Shown here piece by piece: positions 11,541 to 25,650 of a DNA stretch of 64,000 nucleotides. Both the position numbers and the translations under genes were made by a program. Below the pieces are notes generated by a model, which saw nothing but the letters and a program-made list of their open reading frames with translations, had not been told where the DNA came from and ran no database searches. The DNA is from Podarcis muralis (Eukaryota), in the NCBI RefSeq assembly GCF_964188315.1, contig NC_135660.1, positions 64,666,001 through 64,730,000 of the forward strand, written 5' to 3'. How positions within the stretch are numbered: position 1 is the first letter of the stretch; each line of letters starts with the position of its first letter.

Positions 11541-13398
11541 GAGCACCTCCTCCTCATTCGTAAAAGGGGATCATTGGAACCTCTTACCCTCAAGCCCTTG
11601 GCCAGCAAATGTGCACTCTGTCAGCCAGCCAGGCAATAGTGGCTGTGAAGGAACCTTCCAACTACCATCCAAACTTCTGCTGGTCACTTATACTTGGAAT
11701 AGGACAACCACTTCTGCATTAGGCAGAAAGAGGAAATGTATCACACACCGGGGGGGGGGGGGGCACTGGTTTGCATTACATTTCCACATACTGATTTTTT
11801 TGTAGAGTTGCAAATTTAGAAATGATTACTATAATTTCACTGCTGAGACAGTCCTCTCTAAAGCAGGGCACATGACCCAACTGCATGCACAGAAGGGGCG
11901 ATCAGGTTCATATATTCAGTTCTCTTGGATGAACAGCTGCATCCCAGTGCCTTTCAGTTCATATAAACAGAATGTCCTGGATAAAAAACAAACAGGAAAT
12001 TACTTGTGCATGTTATAACACACATGACATTGGATTGTTCCTCTTCTCCAGCCCAACTGCCTCATGTTGTTAGAAGCAAATTACATAGCCCACTTCCATT
12101 TCCTTTTAAAAGAGGAAAGAACATCGAGGGTTTTTCATAAAGCCAAGGCTAATTGGTGCTATTTAGTCAATGCCTGTTTTTATTCAGGCAGCCAGTCTCT
12201 TTTATTCTGGATTCTCATGGTTGCTGATTTTGTTACTCTTGAATGGAGATAGAGACAGCTACTGACGTCTTGAAGGATGAAGCACACCTCTAAATCATCA
12301 GCGCAGTTCACTGGGCACAACAACATGAGTGGGTGGTGCTTGGTAGAATTTAATTGTGCTAGATGGTGTTGTCCTGTTCCTTTGAGTTAACAATTACTCA
12401 CCCACTGTAAGTTCCAGGAACCTAAGTGCCATTGTGTACTTTCATATTTTGTGTGTGTGCAAGTATCTTTAAATTTGCTCATTCCCCTCACCCTTTCAAA
12501 TATATTACAGGTGGATTTAGTTCATCAGACCCAAATTAGCCACATTCATTTTTATCCTGTAAGGTAAAAAATGCATTTTGAAAGAAAACAGACATGCCTT
12601 TAGCTGAGCTTTTAGCTGAGCTGAAATATTGCCCAGTTCCTTAGGATACCATAAACAATACCTGTGTTATACTGTCAGATATGACTGCCTGTTCTTGAAA
12701 GACTATACATTTAGTACTCCGTCACACAGACTACTTAAAACAATGAGCTTCTTTTTAAAGTATTTTAGTTGCAGTGAATACATTAATATTGCCCAAAGAG
12801 CCCTGCAAGTAGCTTCACTGTCTATTTTAAAAGCCAATTCATTTTTTATATGTGTCTGCATGTGCACTTGTGAGGGAATTTAGAATACTATTATATTTAT
12901 AAATGTGGTGGAGTCATCCACCAGACCCCATACGAAACCTTTTGCCCCTTCAAGCAAAATTAAATATGTACCTATAGCAAATTCCACTCCTTGTATAAAA
13001 CCACAAACTTGCAGTACTGCTGCAGTGGCTGGGCTATTATAGTTGAAAATGAGGCGGTTTGCTCAGAAATAACTTTTTCGGCTGCTGAGGTTTTAATATC
13101 TCAAAATAGACACGGCAACAACGACTTAAGATGTAATGGTTTAAACTACGTGCGAAGAAAAACCCAGGGTTTGTTGTAAGACTCACTCTTTCCTCTGGTT
13201 AAACCAAGGCTGATTTAATCTGTGCCCCATTTTACAGTGTTTGTTATGCAGACAGCCTCTCTGCTAAAAACCTGGACTCAGGAATCCTGTTTACAAATAT
13301 GTCCTAACTAGAGGGACAGTGAGCAGCTCTTTGGGAGAGAGGGGTGAATTTTGCTCTATTCCCTCCTGACAACTGCTTCTGTTCATGTATAAGTATAT

Positions 13399-13761
13399 TG
13401 TTATGAGTTTGGGGAGTGGGGTGGGCTATATGCTGAGACCCTTCTAATTCCTGAATAGAGCAAGTGTTAAAATCTAATCAAGGATTCAAATTGTTGAAAT
13501 AGCCAGACAAGTTTCTTGAAGTATAGGCCATTAAGGAAACAAAGGAAGTTTGGCTATGGGAGAAGCAAGACCCTCTTGCGGTGTTGATGCGGTCAACCCC
13601 TCCATTATAGGCTCAAGTTGTATAGATGTGTAAATAAACCATATACCCTAAAGACACTGCAGTCTCTGCTATCCTTCATTCAGAAGGGAACATGAATCCT
13701 GGCTAAGCGTCCTGAACTCCTGGAATCTTGCACCGCTTGGAGATTGGGGTGGCATGCAACA
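13399..13761 (+). mobile_element. Solo LTR (363 bp) with 4-bp TSD ATAT
   Basis: atat|TGTTATG ... GCAACA|atat. Internal AATAAA. Homologous to the LTR in FAS intron 8. Confidence 0.85.
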
Positions 13762-14277
13762 ATATTTGCATATGTTGGCTGCTTTTCTCTATTTACACAC
13801 TCTGGTCAACAACATGGTGCCCACTTGTCCACAAGGAAATCCTTTTCCATTGGTTAAAGGCTGGAACTCCCCCACAAGGACTTACTGGTTTCCCAAACTT
13901 CCCCTTCTATAACACCCTGTGCTAAGTGCACAATATTGCAATTTCCTGGGAATGTTGCCTGCAGTTTTTGAATTTAGGGCTGCTCTTCTTCACATAGATT
14001 CTGAGAGTATAAAATCCCACTAGTGTGATTATCAAGCATATGGAAAGATTATAGAAACCATTTTATTTTTATGTTATTCTTATTATGTCTGTCTTGAACG
14101 CCTCTCCTTTCAGCTGCACAGAACATCCCAATAGATTTAATTTAATGCATGCAAATCAATGTGATTTATTTGGGTTAAATCTAGATTTTGAGGAAAAAAA
14201 TTTTGATGACTGTAAAATATTATTTGGGGATTTGTCTTCTTAGCAAATTATTTTTCATGATTTATTGTATGATTCCA

Positions 14278-14410
14278 NNNNNNNNNNNNNNNNNNNNNNN
14301 NNNNNNNNNNNNNNNNNNNNNNNNNNNNNNNNNNNNNNNNNNNNNNNNNNNNNNNNNNNNNNNNNNNNNNNNNNNNNNNNNNNNNNNNNNNNNNNNNNNN
14401 NNNNNNNNNN
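14278..14410. other. Assembly gap (133 N)
   Basis: Run of N. Confidence 1.
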
Positions 14411-14764
14411 AATTTGGATTTATGTTATAACTGGTAAGTATAGAAAGCTGTAGAAAGCTCCCCTTTCTCACTTAGTTTCTCACCTTCACTATGGGAATGA
14501 GCATTAAAGAGGAACACAAGCTCAAGCTGAAGACTCAGAGGGAACTGAAAAACGGGGCTGTCTTGCCCCTAAAGACACCTCTTCTCATCTAAGCTAGCTC
14601 CATTCTTCACAGTGAACAGGAAAATATAGGGCTGGTTACAGCCTGTGCAAAAAGCAATACACCGCATTATCAAATAAAAGTCATTCCATTTAGATACTTG
14701 AGGTTCAACTGGAAATTAAGGACTTTCATGCAGTCCGTCAATATTGTCATGAACTCAAACTTCA

Positions 14765-14957
14765 TCATTATTTATAACCCACCCTTTCTCTGAGGAGCTG
14801 AAGGCAACATATGTGATTTTACCCTCACAACAGCCCTGAGAGGTAGGTTAAGCTGAGATTGGTCCAAGGTCAGCCGGTGAGCTCTATAGCCAAGTGGAGT
14901 TTGGTACTTGGATCTCACTACTTCTAACCCAGTATTCAAACCACTTCACCAAACTCT
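14765..14957 (-). mobile_element. Degenerate MIR/CORE-type SINE
   Basis: accctcacaacagccctgagaggtaggtt ... ccaaggtcagcc, the reverse CORE motif. Confidence 0.65.
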
Positions 14958-15432
14958 GTAAGTAGAACATCCAGCAGCAGGAGCAGGGATGGAAACAACA
15001 CTGAAAGTAAAGTGATGTGTTCCACTGAAATGCTGTGGCATGTTTGCGTACCAGAGAAACATGGCTCTGCATTTTGGGCGCCTGTTTCATCACCCCAAGT
15101 TGGCACCTTTTTATGGTGAAAAAGTGAATGGCTAGGCATTTGTTACAGTTCTATTGTATACACAGTCTTTCAGCTTTTTTTTTTTAAAAAGGGAACTCAG
15201 TTACAAACTCACTGCAATCTATTTGAAACAGAAATAAAACAAATGTAAGGATGGGCGGTGAGGGCCAGGTTAGGGACAATAGCTAGTTGGCAACAGCCCA
15301 TTTAATCATGCTGGAAAAATGTTATTTTTAGGAGCCAAGTTTTAGCTATTTTCAAGTTTACAAGCTGGGAGGCTAACCCTCTTTGGGGAGTACATTCCAG
15401 TGTAGTCACTGCAGATGAAGAAGACCTGTTAT

Positions 15433-15927
15433 CAGTGCTGGATTTATGTATAGGCTAAGTAGGCTGAAGCCTAGGCCCTCTAAATCTACAGGGCCTTGCC
15501 AGCCTGCCCGCTCCCCAGCAGGCAACCTCCCCTCTCCCAAAATTGCAAACCCAAGACTTCATGCGAGGGCAGGGCAACTTGGGCCTCTAAATCTAGGGGG
15601 CCTCGCCAGCCTGTCCTCCCCCCAGTGCCACAGTCTCCCTTCTCCCAAAAGTGCAAACCAAGACTTCATGCAAGGGCAGGGCAACTCAGGCCCAGCAGCT
15701 ATGAGACTCAGGGCTAGCCAGTGGAGCCCAACTTGAAGCAGTGGGGCACAACTTGATTTTTTAATTATTTTTTGGGGGGTTGGGCCCCAGTTCACAGCCA
15801 AAGTCTGCAAAATCTTATGGATATAAATAAAATCCATCTAGATTTCCCTGGTGTGGGGGGCCCCTTGGGAGCAGCCCATGGGGCCCAATTTGGCCAAATT
15901 GCTCTAATTGCCTTAAGGTCAGCCCTG
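15433..15927. mobile_element. Non-autonomous hAT-like element with internal ~110-bp tandem duplication
   Basis: Imperfect termini cagtgctggattta / taaggtcagccctg. Two diverged copies of a unit at about 15474-15695. Confidence 0.5.
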
Positions 15928-16969
15928 ATGAGACTGTGCAGGGGTTGGACTGACAAGCCCTGCACCTTGTAGGTCCCTGGTGTCACCATTCAGAGTACAG
16001 ACTCGAGGACTTGCTATGGAAATAAAAGGGGGGCACTTATTGGAAAACAGTTTTGTCACCTCTCTCCCCACCCAACCACAGGACGATGAGCCCAGCCACC
16101 TTTTATTCACAGTTGTATAAGCACTACACTACAGCATGGCCATAAACCTGTACGTTCAACCGCTGAAATACACACCCAATATGTAGCAATGGAGATTTGT
16201 GTTACTGCTTTATGAATGAACACTGTGTTTTATTAATGGACTCTGTATTTTTTGGAACTACCTAAGAGCCACCAATAGGGAGCTCTAGAATCTGACAGCT
16301 AACCAATCGGGTACTGCCAAACAGCGACCCCTATTGCTGAAAGCAGGTAACCAGCAGGAAACGCTCCTTTGCACTGTTGACTGAACACCCCCTGCTCTGC
16401 AGATAATGGAGAAAGCTTGTAAATTGTATCCCTTCTGGCATCCTGGCCAACTCTATTACGCTGGTGTAAACCTTGGTGCACCAGGAGCCCAGAATAGCAG
16501 CAAATAAAATCCGCTCGTACGTCAGCGACTGATAAGACTTGTCCACCAGTTCTTCCAAAGACTTGTCAACCAGTTCTTCCTAAATATAATGCTCCAAAAT
16601 AAAGGCCAAGAGAGAGCAGATCTGGGAAGAGCGAGCCATACAATGGGCACCACCAGTGAAAAGGCCCTGCTACGTGTAGCTCCTGCCCTGTCATTTGACA
16701 GAGAGCCCACTTGCCCTCCTTCTTGACATGGAAAGCTCTCTATTGGAGTCTCCAGGTCCAATATAAAGACCATAAGAAGGGAGAGCAGGGACCTTGAAGT
16801 TCCCAACAGCTGTTAAGCAAGCAAGCAAGCAAGCAAGCACACAGGTCACCTTTGTCACATTGTGTCATGCCTATGTCCTGGCCAGGCCAGCACCCAATCT
16901 TGTTTTGGTACAATCTTGTCTGTTCTCAGTAACCAAAATTATATTATCAACATATACAAGCAGAAAAAT

Positions 16970-17385
16970 TGTTTTCCTTCATTTGCAAGGAATCATACAA
17001 AACAAAGTGGCACTAATAAAGAAAAGTTCCAGGGTGGCAACAGAAAGCAAACTAAAAATGCTTTTGCAGTTCATCAGAACTATCCAGCAATATCAGGTTA
17101 TAGGAAAACTGGTGCTATTAACAGTAACTCTTCTAGTTGGTTAAATGATTTGGCAACTTCCATGCACATGGCGTCTGATGCTAATTCCCCCCCCCCCCGA
17201 AAAGAGTTAAATGATAACTCATCAGAGGCAGCCGCAGTTGCAAATGGAAACAATAAATCTGCAGGTAGAAATACTGTTTGTAATGAAGTGAGAGCAGTAG
17301 TTTACTTGCTTGAATTAACAAATAAGAAAGTTTTGAGAATTTAAATTCTAGATTAAAAATGATTACTTAATTGAGAAGGGGATTG
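16970..17385 (+). mobile_element. Decayed, internally deleted Ty1/Copia fragment (zinc knuckle, protease motif, PPT)
   Basis: C-x7-H-x4-G (GGC, one base from TGC) resembles CX2CX4HX4C. WLNDLATSMHM keeps the W-x2-D-x5-HM spacing of Copia WIIDSGATSHM. A PPT-like ttgagaagggga then ttgt lies at 17371-17386. Confidence 0.55.
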
Positions 17386-20300
17386 TAACAAAAACACTGG
17401 GGCCTAATTTGAATAGTAGAGTGCCTGGTATCTGGTGGGCAATCTCATCCTTTATTTCCACATTGCGGCTGCAGACCAAAGAACTCGTCAGGCTATGAGC
17501 CATGAGATTCAGGTGTGGGTCAGATGCCTTGTCAATACCAGTAGGTATATAACAGGAAGACCCAGCCTGCGGCCTGCCCCAAAATGTTTACAAAGTTCAG
17601 CTATTGCAAAAGTTTTTCAGTGTTAATTTTATGCATTTTTAAAAATCACCATGGTATTTAACAATAACATCTTAGGTCCTTTAGAGGAGAAATTGTGAAT
17701 TGCAGAATTTTAAAGACCCGTCTTCATCCTTGGCTTCACTCAGTTTTGTTTATAACACCTCCATTTTCTTCTAGTCTTGAGGGTGAGGGGGTGGGGAGGG
17801 GCCTCACAAGTGGAGGAGCCTAGAGCCTCTCTAGGGCCCTGCCTGTTATATATCAACAGTCACCTAATGTAAGACAGCAAGGGGGTCATCAATGGTGCTT
17901 CAATGGAATAGAGGTCCAGATGAAATTCCCTTGTGCTCAGGCTCAAAGAACTTCCCAGGCTCATACAGCTGGCCCAAATGAGAGGTGAACTTTTACAGCC
18001 CTTGGAATTTCTTCCCTGCCTAAATCAAAATCTGAGCTACAGAATAATTCCAGGCTTCCTTCCCCTCAGCCCATCCATGCCCTCCAAACCCCCTGCTGCT
18101 GTGGGAGCAGAGGCCATGTGTATTGTCCTCCTCCACTTTCATTTTTCTGGTGCACTGATTAACAGCACACTGGGGTGCAAAGACCTGAGGCCTCTGGGAG
18201 ATGTAGTTCTCCTAAGGCCTACTGTAATTGCTAGCCCTTGGCATCCGAGAGGATCATCACCAGTCCTGCTCCTTCCAAACACCTCCCTCTTCCTTCATCT
18301 ATCAAGTAGCGGTCAGGACCAGCAGCACATAGAGAGGAGAGGTATGTTCCCCTGCTTCCTCTTTGTCTTTGTGGGACATTGCAGTGTATTTCTCACAAGG
18401 GTTATTGTAATTGTCAATCCTTCCCACCTCCTAATACAATAGCCCTTAAGGAAACTACATTTCTCATGACCCTCTGAGCCTTGTGCCCTGGATCACAGCT
18501 AATCTGTGCCCTAGAGAGATGAATTGTGGGAGAAAAAATCAGAAAACCTGGCAGCGTGAAACAACAGCATTGCTACTCACTGAAAAGTGATGGATAAGAA
18601 GTGGAGCTGGGAAGTTATCTGAAGCCACTTTTCCACTCAGTTGCCTTGCAGTCTTCTATGCTCCCCTTACCTTTCTTCTCACCCGCTTTTCATATTGTGC
18701 TTCATATTGTGTGCACACATAGGGAGAGAGGCAAAATTGCATATATAACGTGGAGACATTTGCGTAACACTGCTGACCAAAACCCCCACACAAACTGATG
18801 TAGAAATGTGGAGAATGAACATGTGATTGGAAAAACGAGAAACCATAATTGTCACATTCACCCATTTCTAGTCATGGCATTAACTGGCAACAGGCCACCA
18901 TATCTATTGGATATCCTTTCTCAAAATGCTTGCAAATTTGCATGGCTTACATTTTTCTACACTCCCTTTGACCCCTACTCCTATTTTTAAAGGGAAAGGA
19001 GAAATAATGAGATACGCAGTTGTTGCCAGTGGAAAGTCACCCCCATTACCCTACAAAGGGTGTTGCTTCCCAACTCTGACAATGGTAAGTTGTGGTATAG
19101 TTCCACCAGCTACCAAGGGGATCCCAAAGGGTCTGATAAGATTCTGCAATCTGGTGTGTTCTACTCTTCAATGACCGACTTTTAAATGCTAGAAATCTTT
19201 TGAAGATGCTATTAGTCATAGCCACCTCTGTAGCTATGAAGCTCCATAACCATGAAGCAAAGGATCACATGACTCAGATCCCTGCCATTTCATGCTTTAG
19301 AAACAATGATGTTTGATTGTGCACTTTTATTGCTTAATCATAAACTCTTCACAAGTCTGCACTAAGTACACTTGATGCAATTTCTTGGAAATACCCTAAA
19401 TGTTTCTGTGAAATCTAAAGTAGGTGTTTGTAAAAAAAATAAATCTCAGACAATTAGACTAACAAACTCAATTCCTTAGAAAAGCAGGGGTCTTTTTTAA
19501 TCATCCAAGGCAAACAAGGAAATAGTAAATCAATAAATCATGAAATGGTTGGTGGAACTGGTGGTGACAAAGTACAATTTGTCAAGAAGCATATGCAACA
19601 GAGAGAACATTATGTGCTCCTCCTACCACCATCTTCTTTCTCAGAGTTTGTAGGATGAACTTTCAGCTGATAAATCGGCCAGTCACTGAGCTCAGTGCTT
19701 TGTCAAGCCAGCCTTGGCGGATTACCAACACAAGTATGAAAATCTGATTGATAATACTAGCCATTCTTTTCCCAACTTGCTGCTTCCACAGAAGCTGTGA
19801 TGGATGTAGCCCTAAGTGCAAGAGAGATGTAGATAAATAGCCAGGCATTGGTCATAGCCAACATTGCAGCTGTTGCAACCTTGCTAGGGAGCTGTGTGTG
19901 TGAAACAACACACAGAACTGCTTTGCCTGGGGGAGCTGTTCTTGGTGAGACTCCAAAGAAAGCCTCTTGCAATATGCTGCACACTTCCCTAAGCAATGAG
20001 AAGTCCCAAGGGCAGGGTTTTGAAGGAGGGATTGCTGGAGAAACTACTGGTGTTTTTGAAAGATTTGCTTTAGTTATAATATGCAGGCAGTGAGCCTGTA
20101 AACTCCTCTTGGGCAGAAGATCCCTTTCCCTGGGGGTGGGAAACCCTTTTCAAGCCAAGGGTTGACTCCCAGGGGTCACAGGCCAGCAAAAGAGGGCAGA
20201 GCAATGAAGGTAAATGTTACCTATGTACAAGAGACTCGTTCTATGTGCACTTGTACATCCCTTCCTCCAGGGCAGAAGAGGCATTAGCAGAGTTCAGGGA

Positions 20301-21700
20301 CACATTCCAGTCAGGAAAAACACCCAAGGAAGGTGCAAAAAGCAGGACCTGTAGAAGTTATTATTGGGAAGGTGGTGTGATTTTGGAGAGTCCCAAGGGT
20401 CAGAATGAGAGGCTTGGGAGTTGCTTGGAGTGATGAATTGGGGCCACTGGGCTTAACATTCCCATCCATCTATTACTCCATGCCAGTTTCCAGAAAGAGG
20501 CACAAGATTCCTTAAGATGCTTTGAGCTCTGTCGTTTTTACAGGTCCTGCAATTTCTCATTTTCCCAATCTTGAATTCAATTCTTCACATCTCGTGGCAA
20601 TTTGTGATTTATTTATTTAGAAGAATCCTCATGGAAATTCACCACCATTTTAGTGCGAATCTCTCATAATATACATTTTTTCTATGCAGTTTTGACAAAT
20701 ATGCACACTTTCCCCCAAGCTATTTTCCCTTATAGAATGCTTTTAGTGTGTTATACCAAAGCATTCTTTATGCCAATATATGCATTGCTTGGCTGGAGAA
20801 CTGAGCTGCAAAATTCAGAGAAATGTGAATTTCAAAGAACGGTTGTGTTTCAGTTTGTGGATTCAGCCACATTTTTAAAAATGAGACGTTGTAACGCATT
20901 GTAACACTGTGGCATCAGATGGCGCTGTAGAGCTGAAATCAGAACTCTATGAAATTTTCCATTGTGAGGTTTAAAATGCACCCCCCGGAGCATTTTCAGA
21001 GCATTTTTAATAGCAATGTAGATGCAGCCTGTGTATTGTTTCGGAGGGTGCAAATTAGGCAAGTTCTTTAAAAGTGAGCTGAATCAAATTTCTTCTCCAT
21101 CTCCTTCACAGGCATGCATGCCTTCATCAGTGGAAGGAAGGAGATCATATTTTCAAAGTTCTGATGGCTGACACTCAGGAGAAATTGTCACGTATTAGCT
21201 CCCACCCTCCAACCATTCTGAGCGAGTAACATGCAATCTGCCTGACAAAAGGAACAGCTGGTCAGAGGCCATAACACTATTCCTAAAGGCCCTTTAGTAT
21301 CTTTTCAGAAGGTGGGTGGGGGTTTCTCTCACTCTCCCACATTTCAGACCACACACCTATATCTTCAAGCCAACTCTGTGGTTCTCATGCTGAGCAACTT
21401 AATAGTATAAGCTATTAAATAGGTTTATTTCCTTGGTGTGTATGCCAAGGACCACACATGGTGATGGTTTAACCTGTGTTACTGAGATCATTGATGCATT
21501 TAGTGGAAGTGCAACCATACATTTGAGTTTAATCTTGTATATATCCAAAAGGGGATATATTTCCTGGGACACTTCCTCCACCCCCCTGCAACCCCTATCC
21601 TTCAGCCCTGAAATCTGAAATTGCACCCTTCTGATTCGTACCTTCAAACAGGAGGGAATGACTGAAGTAGAATCAATGGTCTTCAACCTTTTCAGGCCTG

Positions 21701-21872
21701 AGGGCCATGTATGTAGCTGAGTAGGAGAGCAAGTGACTTGCATGCAGAAGATCCCTGAATGAATCTCCAGCATCTCCTGGTGGGCCAGGGAAAGTCCTAT
21801 CTGATACCCTGGAGAGCCACTGCTCATTGGTGTAGAAAATGGACTCAGTATAAACAGATTCACATGTTCCTA
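21701..21872 (+). mobile_element. Degenerate tRNA-headed SINE (same family as 314-757)
   Basis: gtagctgagt ... ttgcatgcagaagatccctg ... accctggagagccactgc ... gactcagtataaacag. Confidence 0.65.
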
Positions 21873-21953
21873 AGTGGGAATAGTTGTGTGGACCACCTGG
21901 ATCATCTCTGAATTTCATGGCACTAGTAAAACTTCAACATCAACCATACCAGC

Positions 21954-22346
21954 TGTAACATTTTCATAGCCCCCATGAATCCCTCAGCGATCCCATTAGT
22001 CTCCAAGAGTGGATCACTCTAATACAGCAGATGGTTAACCACTTATCCTGGTCCTGATCTGGTATCGCAATTAAATCTTCCAGACCCCTCCAAGACTCCA
22101 CCAATTTTGGTGTCAGCAGCAATCATCAACGACAACAAAACCCCACAACACAAAGAGACACACAGCACTGTGGTGGGTGATCTCTACCTAATGAAGCCAA
22201 ATATCATGAAACACCCCACTTCAGATCACAATCCTCCTGCCTGGTTTAGGAAACCAAGTTCAGAAAGTCTTTTGTCACATGTTTTGGGATGGTTACAAGC
22301 CCCAAGGGTTGTGTCGGTGACCATGAAACCCTGAGCAGCCCTAACA
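21954..22346 (-). mobile_element. Possible solo LTR
   Basis: TGTAACA ... CTAACA termini, but no matching TSD. Confidence 0.3.
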
Positions 22347-24045
22347 AGAATTTTGAAGCCTTATGGTTGGGGATGGGCAGATTTGTCCATTTTGGTTTCC
22401 CAACCTTTAGTTCAGTTCTCCACGTCTGTTTCATGTTTGTGTATATATACTTAAAAACTAATGAAGATTCATCAGCATTTTAGCTCACATTTCTTCCAAT
22501 ATATGCTTTTCTGTGTGCAGTTTTGCCTCGGTTTGGTTTTGACACTAGAAAGAAACTGAAAAGCTGACCCTAGAGAAACAGAAACTAGAAATAACCAACT
22601 TCTTCATTTGGTTCCTGTATAGACATGCTGAAGACATACTCTTTAGTTCCCAAGTTTTGAGAATCTGTCTCTAACCCAATTTCACATCCAGTATTAGTCA
22701 TACTCTTTTGATCTGCCTTGCTGGAAATTTCATTTTGCTTTCATGGGACAGAGCACAGTGCACCTAAGAGGATTATTTCATATTGCAGCGAGAGAGCGTA
22801 TGAAGGTATTAGGTGAAATCCCTGATCTTCAATATGAGCTGAGTCCCTCAGGGATGCCTGAGTCATTTGTTCCTGGAAAATTATGAGGTGAACTCAAATA
22901 ATCCACATGTCCCACACTCTTGTGAAGATAGCAATGTAATTGTATGTCCTGCGCAAGGTGACTAACTCCCAGGAGCAGAACTAAGGTAGAATGAGAACCA
23001 AAGATGTGTTAAAATAGGCCACAGCGTTAGTGATTACAGCAAGAATGTGGGGTTACCTAGGCATAAGACATGGACAGGTTATTAGAGAGCCCATCTGCTG
23101 TCCCTAGGTTACACCTGAGCCTGTCTGCTGAGGCCACGTCCTGGGAGTTGCCAGCACAATGGTCTCCACTGTGTCACAGGCCAAGCATCTAGATTCCAGT
23201 GGGCAACTAGGGCTGAGTGATGTAAGGCCTGTGCAGCCTCCAAGACTCTATAATGGGGTCCCCCTTTGTTAATGATCCAGCCCAATACCTTATCTCACCA
23301 AAGCTGTGGCAGGAATAGCAAAATACTTATCAGTACAAACGAGAACTGCTGCAGTCACCACTGCCTCTAGGTAAGCACACTAGAGACCACCAGTAGAGGA
23401 GGGGACCCGTTGGAAGGCATGTTGGCCTTTCAGTAGGAAGTGTGTCCTGGGGAAAAATGCACTGAATGCTTTCTTCTTAAGTAGTGCAGTGCAAAGCAGC
23501 AGCACATGGTGAGGTCCAGTGCTCTTTTTTTCTTCCAGGCTGTCCTCCCCCCTCCCCCTGCCTTTTATCTTTTGATGTCCAGTGCATGGCTTGTCTCTAA
23601 AACACCAGGTATTCTGACTACATGGGCTGTATGCGTGTACGGAAAGGGCACTTTCATTCATTATTGTCCCCAGGTTGCTGGTGGTGGTCCAGGAGGGAGA
23701 GCAGCTGCTTCCTGGCTGTATCCCATCCTCGAGGTGGCAGGTAGGGAGAGAAGGATGAATGGAAGAGCAGCAAGAGAGTGACCAGGCACCCCTCTAAACA
23801 CAGAGACAGGGCAGCAAAGAAGAAGGAGAAGGTATAGTGGAGCTCAGAGTGAGCAGTTGCTGCAGCCAGGTCTAGCCTTTCTTGTGTCTTGCATGTACAG
23901 GCCAGTTAGGAGCATCTTACATGTGTTGAAAAACAAACAAAACCAAATTATATTGGCAATGTGAGTGAGGCAAAGAAGTCATGTTATTTACTCCATGACG
24001 GAGGAGGAGTCTGGAAGAGAAGGCTAAGAAGGCTAAAAATGGGTA

Positions 24046-24231
24046 CAGTGGTACCTCAGGTTACAAACGCTTCAGGTTGCAAATGCTTCAGGTTACAGAC
24101 TCCGCTAACCCGGAAGTAGTACCTCGGGTTAAGAACTTTACCTCAGGATGAGAACAGAAATCATGCGGTGGTGGTGCAGCGGCAGTGGGGGGTCCCATTA
24201 GCTAAAGTGGTACCTCAGGTTAAGAACGGTT
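24046..24231 (+). mobile_element. Truncated pogo/Tigger-type MITE
   Basis: ta|cagtggtacctcaggtt start; the right TIR is missing. Confidence 0.75.
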
Positions 24232-24692
24232 ACAACAAGCTTTTGCTCTGGCACAGAAAAATTGCAAGCACTTCTATCTTCCCCCCCCACACACACACAC
24301 AAAGAGAAAAGAAAAGAAAAGAGAGAAAAAGGGAGAATTTATAGGATTTGGAAGAAGGTTCTCCTTAGCTTTGGCCAAATGCAGCAGATTCTGCATTCTA
24401 GGAGAGGCAGGGAGAGAGTTATGCTGAAGCTGGCATGAACTGTTGTATCTTTTTTCTTTTTTAAAAAATGTGGATGTGGATGAAGCATGTGATGCTTTGT
24501 TTTTAAAGAAAAGGCTTGTGGCTATGATCCAATGAGCTTCACAGCAGTTCCCAGAACTCTGGGCCTAAGGGGCTATACTTCAATTATAAACTCTGTTTCT
24601 TTTGGAAAGGGCAGAGCACAGTAGGGTTATGTTACTTTTGTCAAAATCCCTTCATTAACAATGTATTTGTGTTTCAGGTTTTATAAGGGTGC

Positions 24693-25650
24693 TGTAGCGA
24701 GCACAATTTCGGCGCCGTTTCTGAAGCAGCTGTGTTTTGGGCAGTTGTGTCATCTGGGTAGGATACTGGGAGAGAAGTCAGGGCCCCACTCAGCAGAAAG
24801 AAAAGGAGGGCTGTCCTTGTCTCTCTTTGGTCCACCCCCTTCATTTCTCTGTTCTGGGAAACATGGGAGATGGTTGCAGCAGGAGAGGGAGACTCTGGAT
24901 TCTTCAGCAGCTGCCTTCCGCTCTGCCTCTTGACACCACTCTGCTTCTGCTTCTGCCTCTGATTCTGGACTGCTCTCTGCCACAGCCTCTTCCTGCTTAC
25001 TAAACCCTGTTGCCTCCTCAGTTTCCAACACCTCCTCCCCCAGTATTTCCCCTCTGACCACTCATTGTCATCCCACCACCAGTCTCTGGACTACGAGGCT
25101 TCTTCCCTTGGAGATTCCCCAGATAGTGCCTCCAACCACTCCTCTGTACCCAGCCAGTCCATGACAATTGCCAGGTACCAAGAGGGAGAAGGGCAAGGCC
25201 GCGGGGAGCTCTGTGCAGTGCAGGTGCAGCAGTGGTGTTCCTCCTGTTGCTGTACCTACACTGTGCCAAAATTGCTTGCCACTTTGCCCCTCTCCTTGAT
25301 TACTGGCAGTGATGCTCAACATTGGGAGCAAATCAGCCACACTACTGTATTGACTGCTACTGCTATGATAGTTCTGATGATCTGCCACACTCTGCTGTGC
25401 CCAAGAGCAATTTCCCACATCTTGCACAAAAAGGAAATCATGCCATGCCTATTGGAATATTGTACAGTCTTGCATGAAATGTCCTGTTCAAGGGATAGCC
25501 AATGTAGAGCCCTCCAAATATTGTTGACTACAACTCCCATCATTGCCAGGCACCCAAATACCTGGAGGGCACCATGTTGCCTACCCCTACTTTATTTGGA
25601 TAGAGCTATAAATGATAGGCTAGTTTGATTCATGAAAGTCCATCATGACC
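24693..25650. mobile_element. Probable degraded LTR-like repeat with purine/pyrimidine-skewed interior
   Basis: Low-complexity ctgcttctgcctct tracts typical of lizard Gypsy-type LTRs. No TSD found and boundaries are uncertain. Confidence 0.3.

Noticed and set aside
17933-18442. 169-aa ORF (+)
   Set aside because: No homology or motif recognised and no splice context.
18671-18794. Exon-like minus-strand segment with an open frame (LCGGFGQQCY...)
   Set aside because: It lies within a common AT-rich squamate repeat also present near 22.4, 50.5 and 59.5 kb.
25065-25628. Longest ORF (187 aa, +) and overlapping antisense ORFs
   Set aside because: No recognisable domain. It lies in low-complexity, LTR-like sequence where stop-free frames are common.
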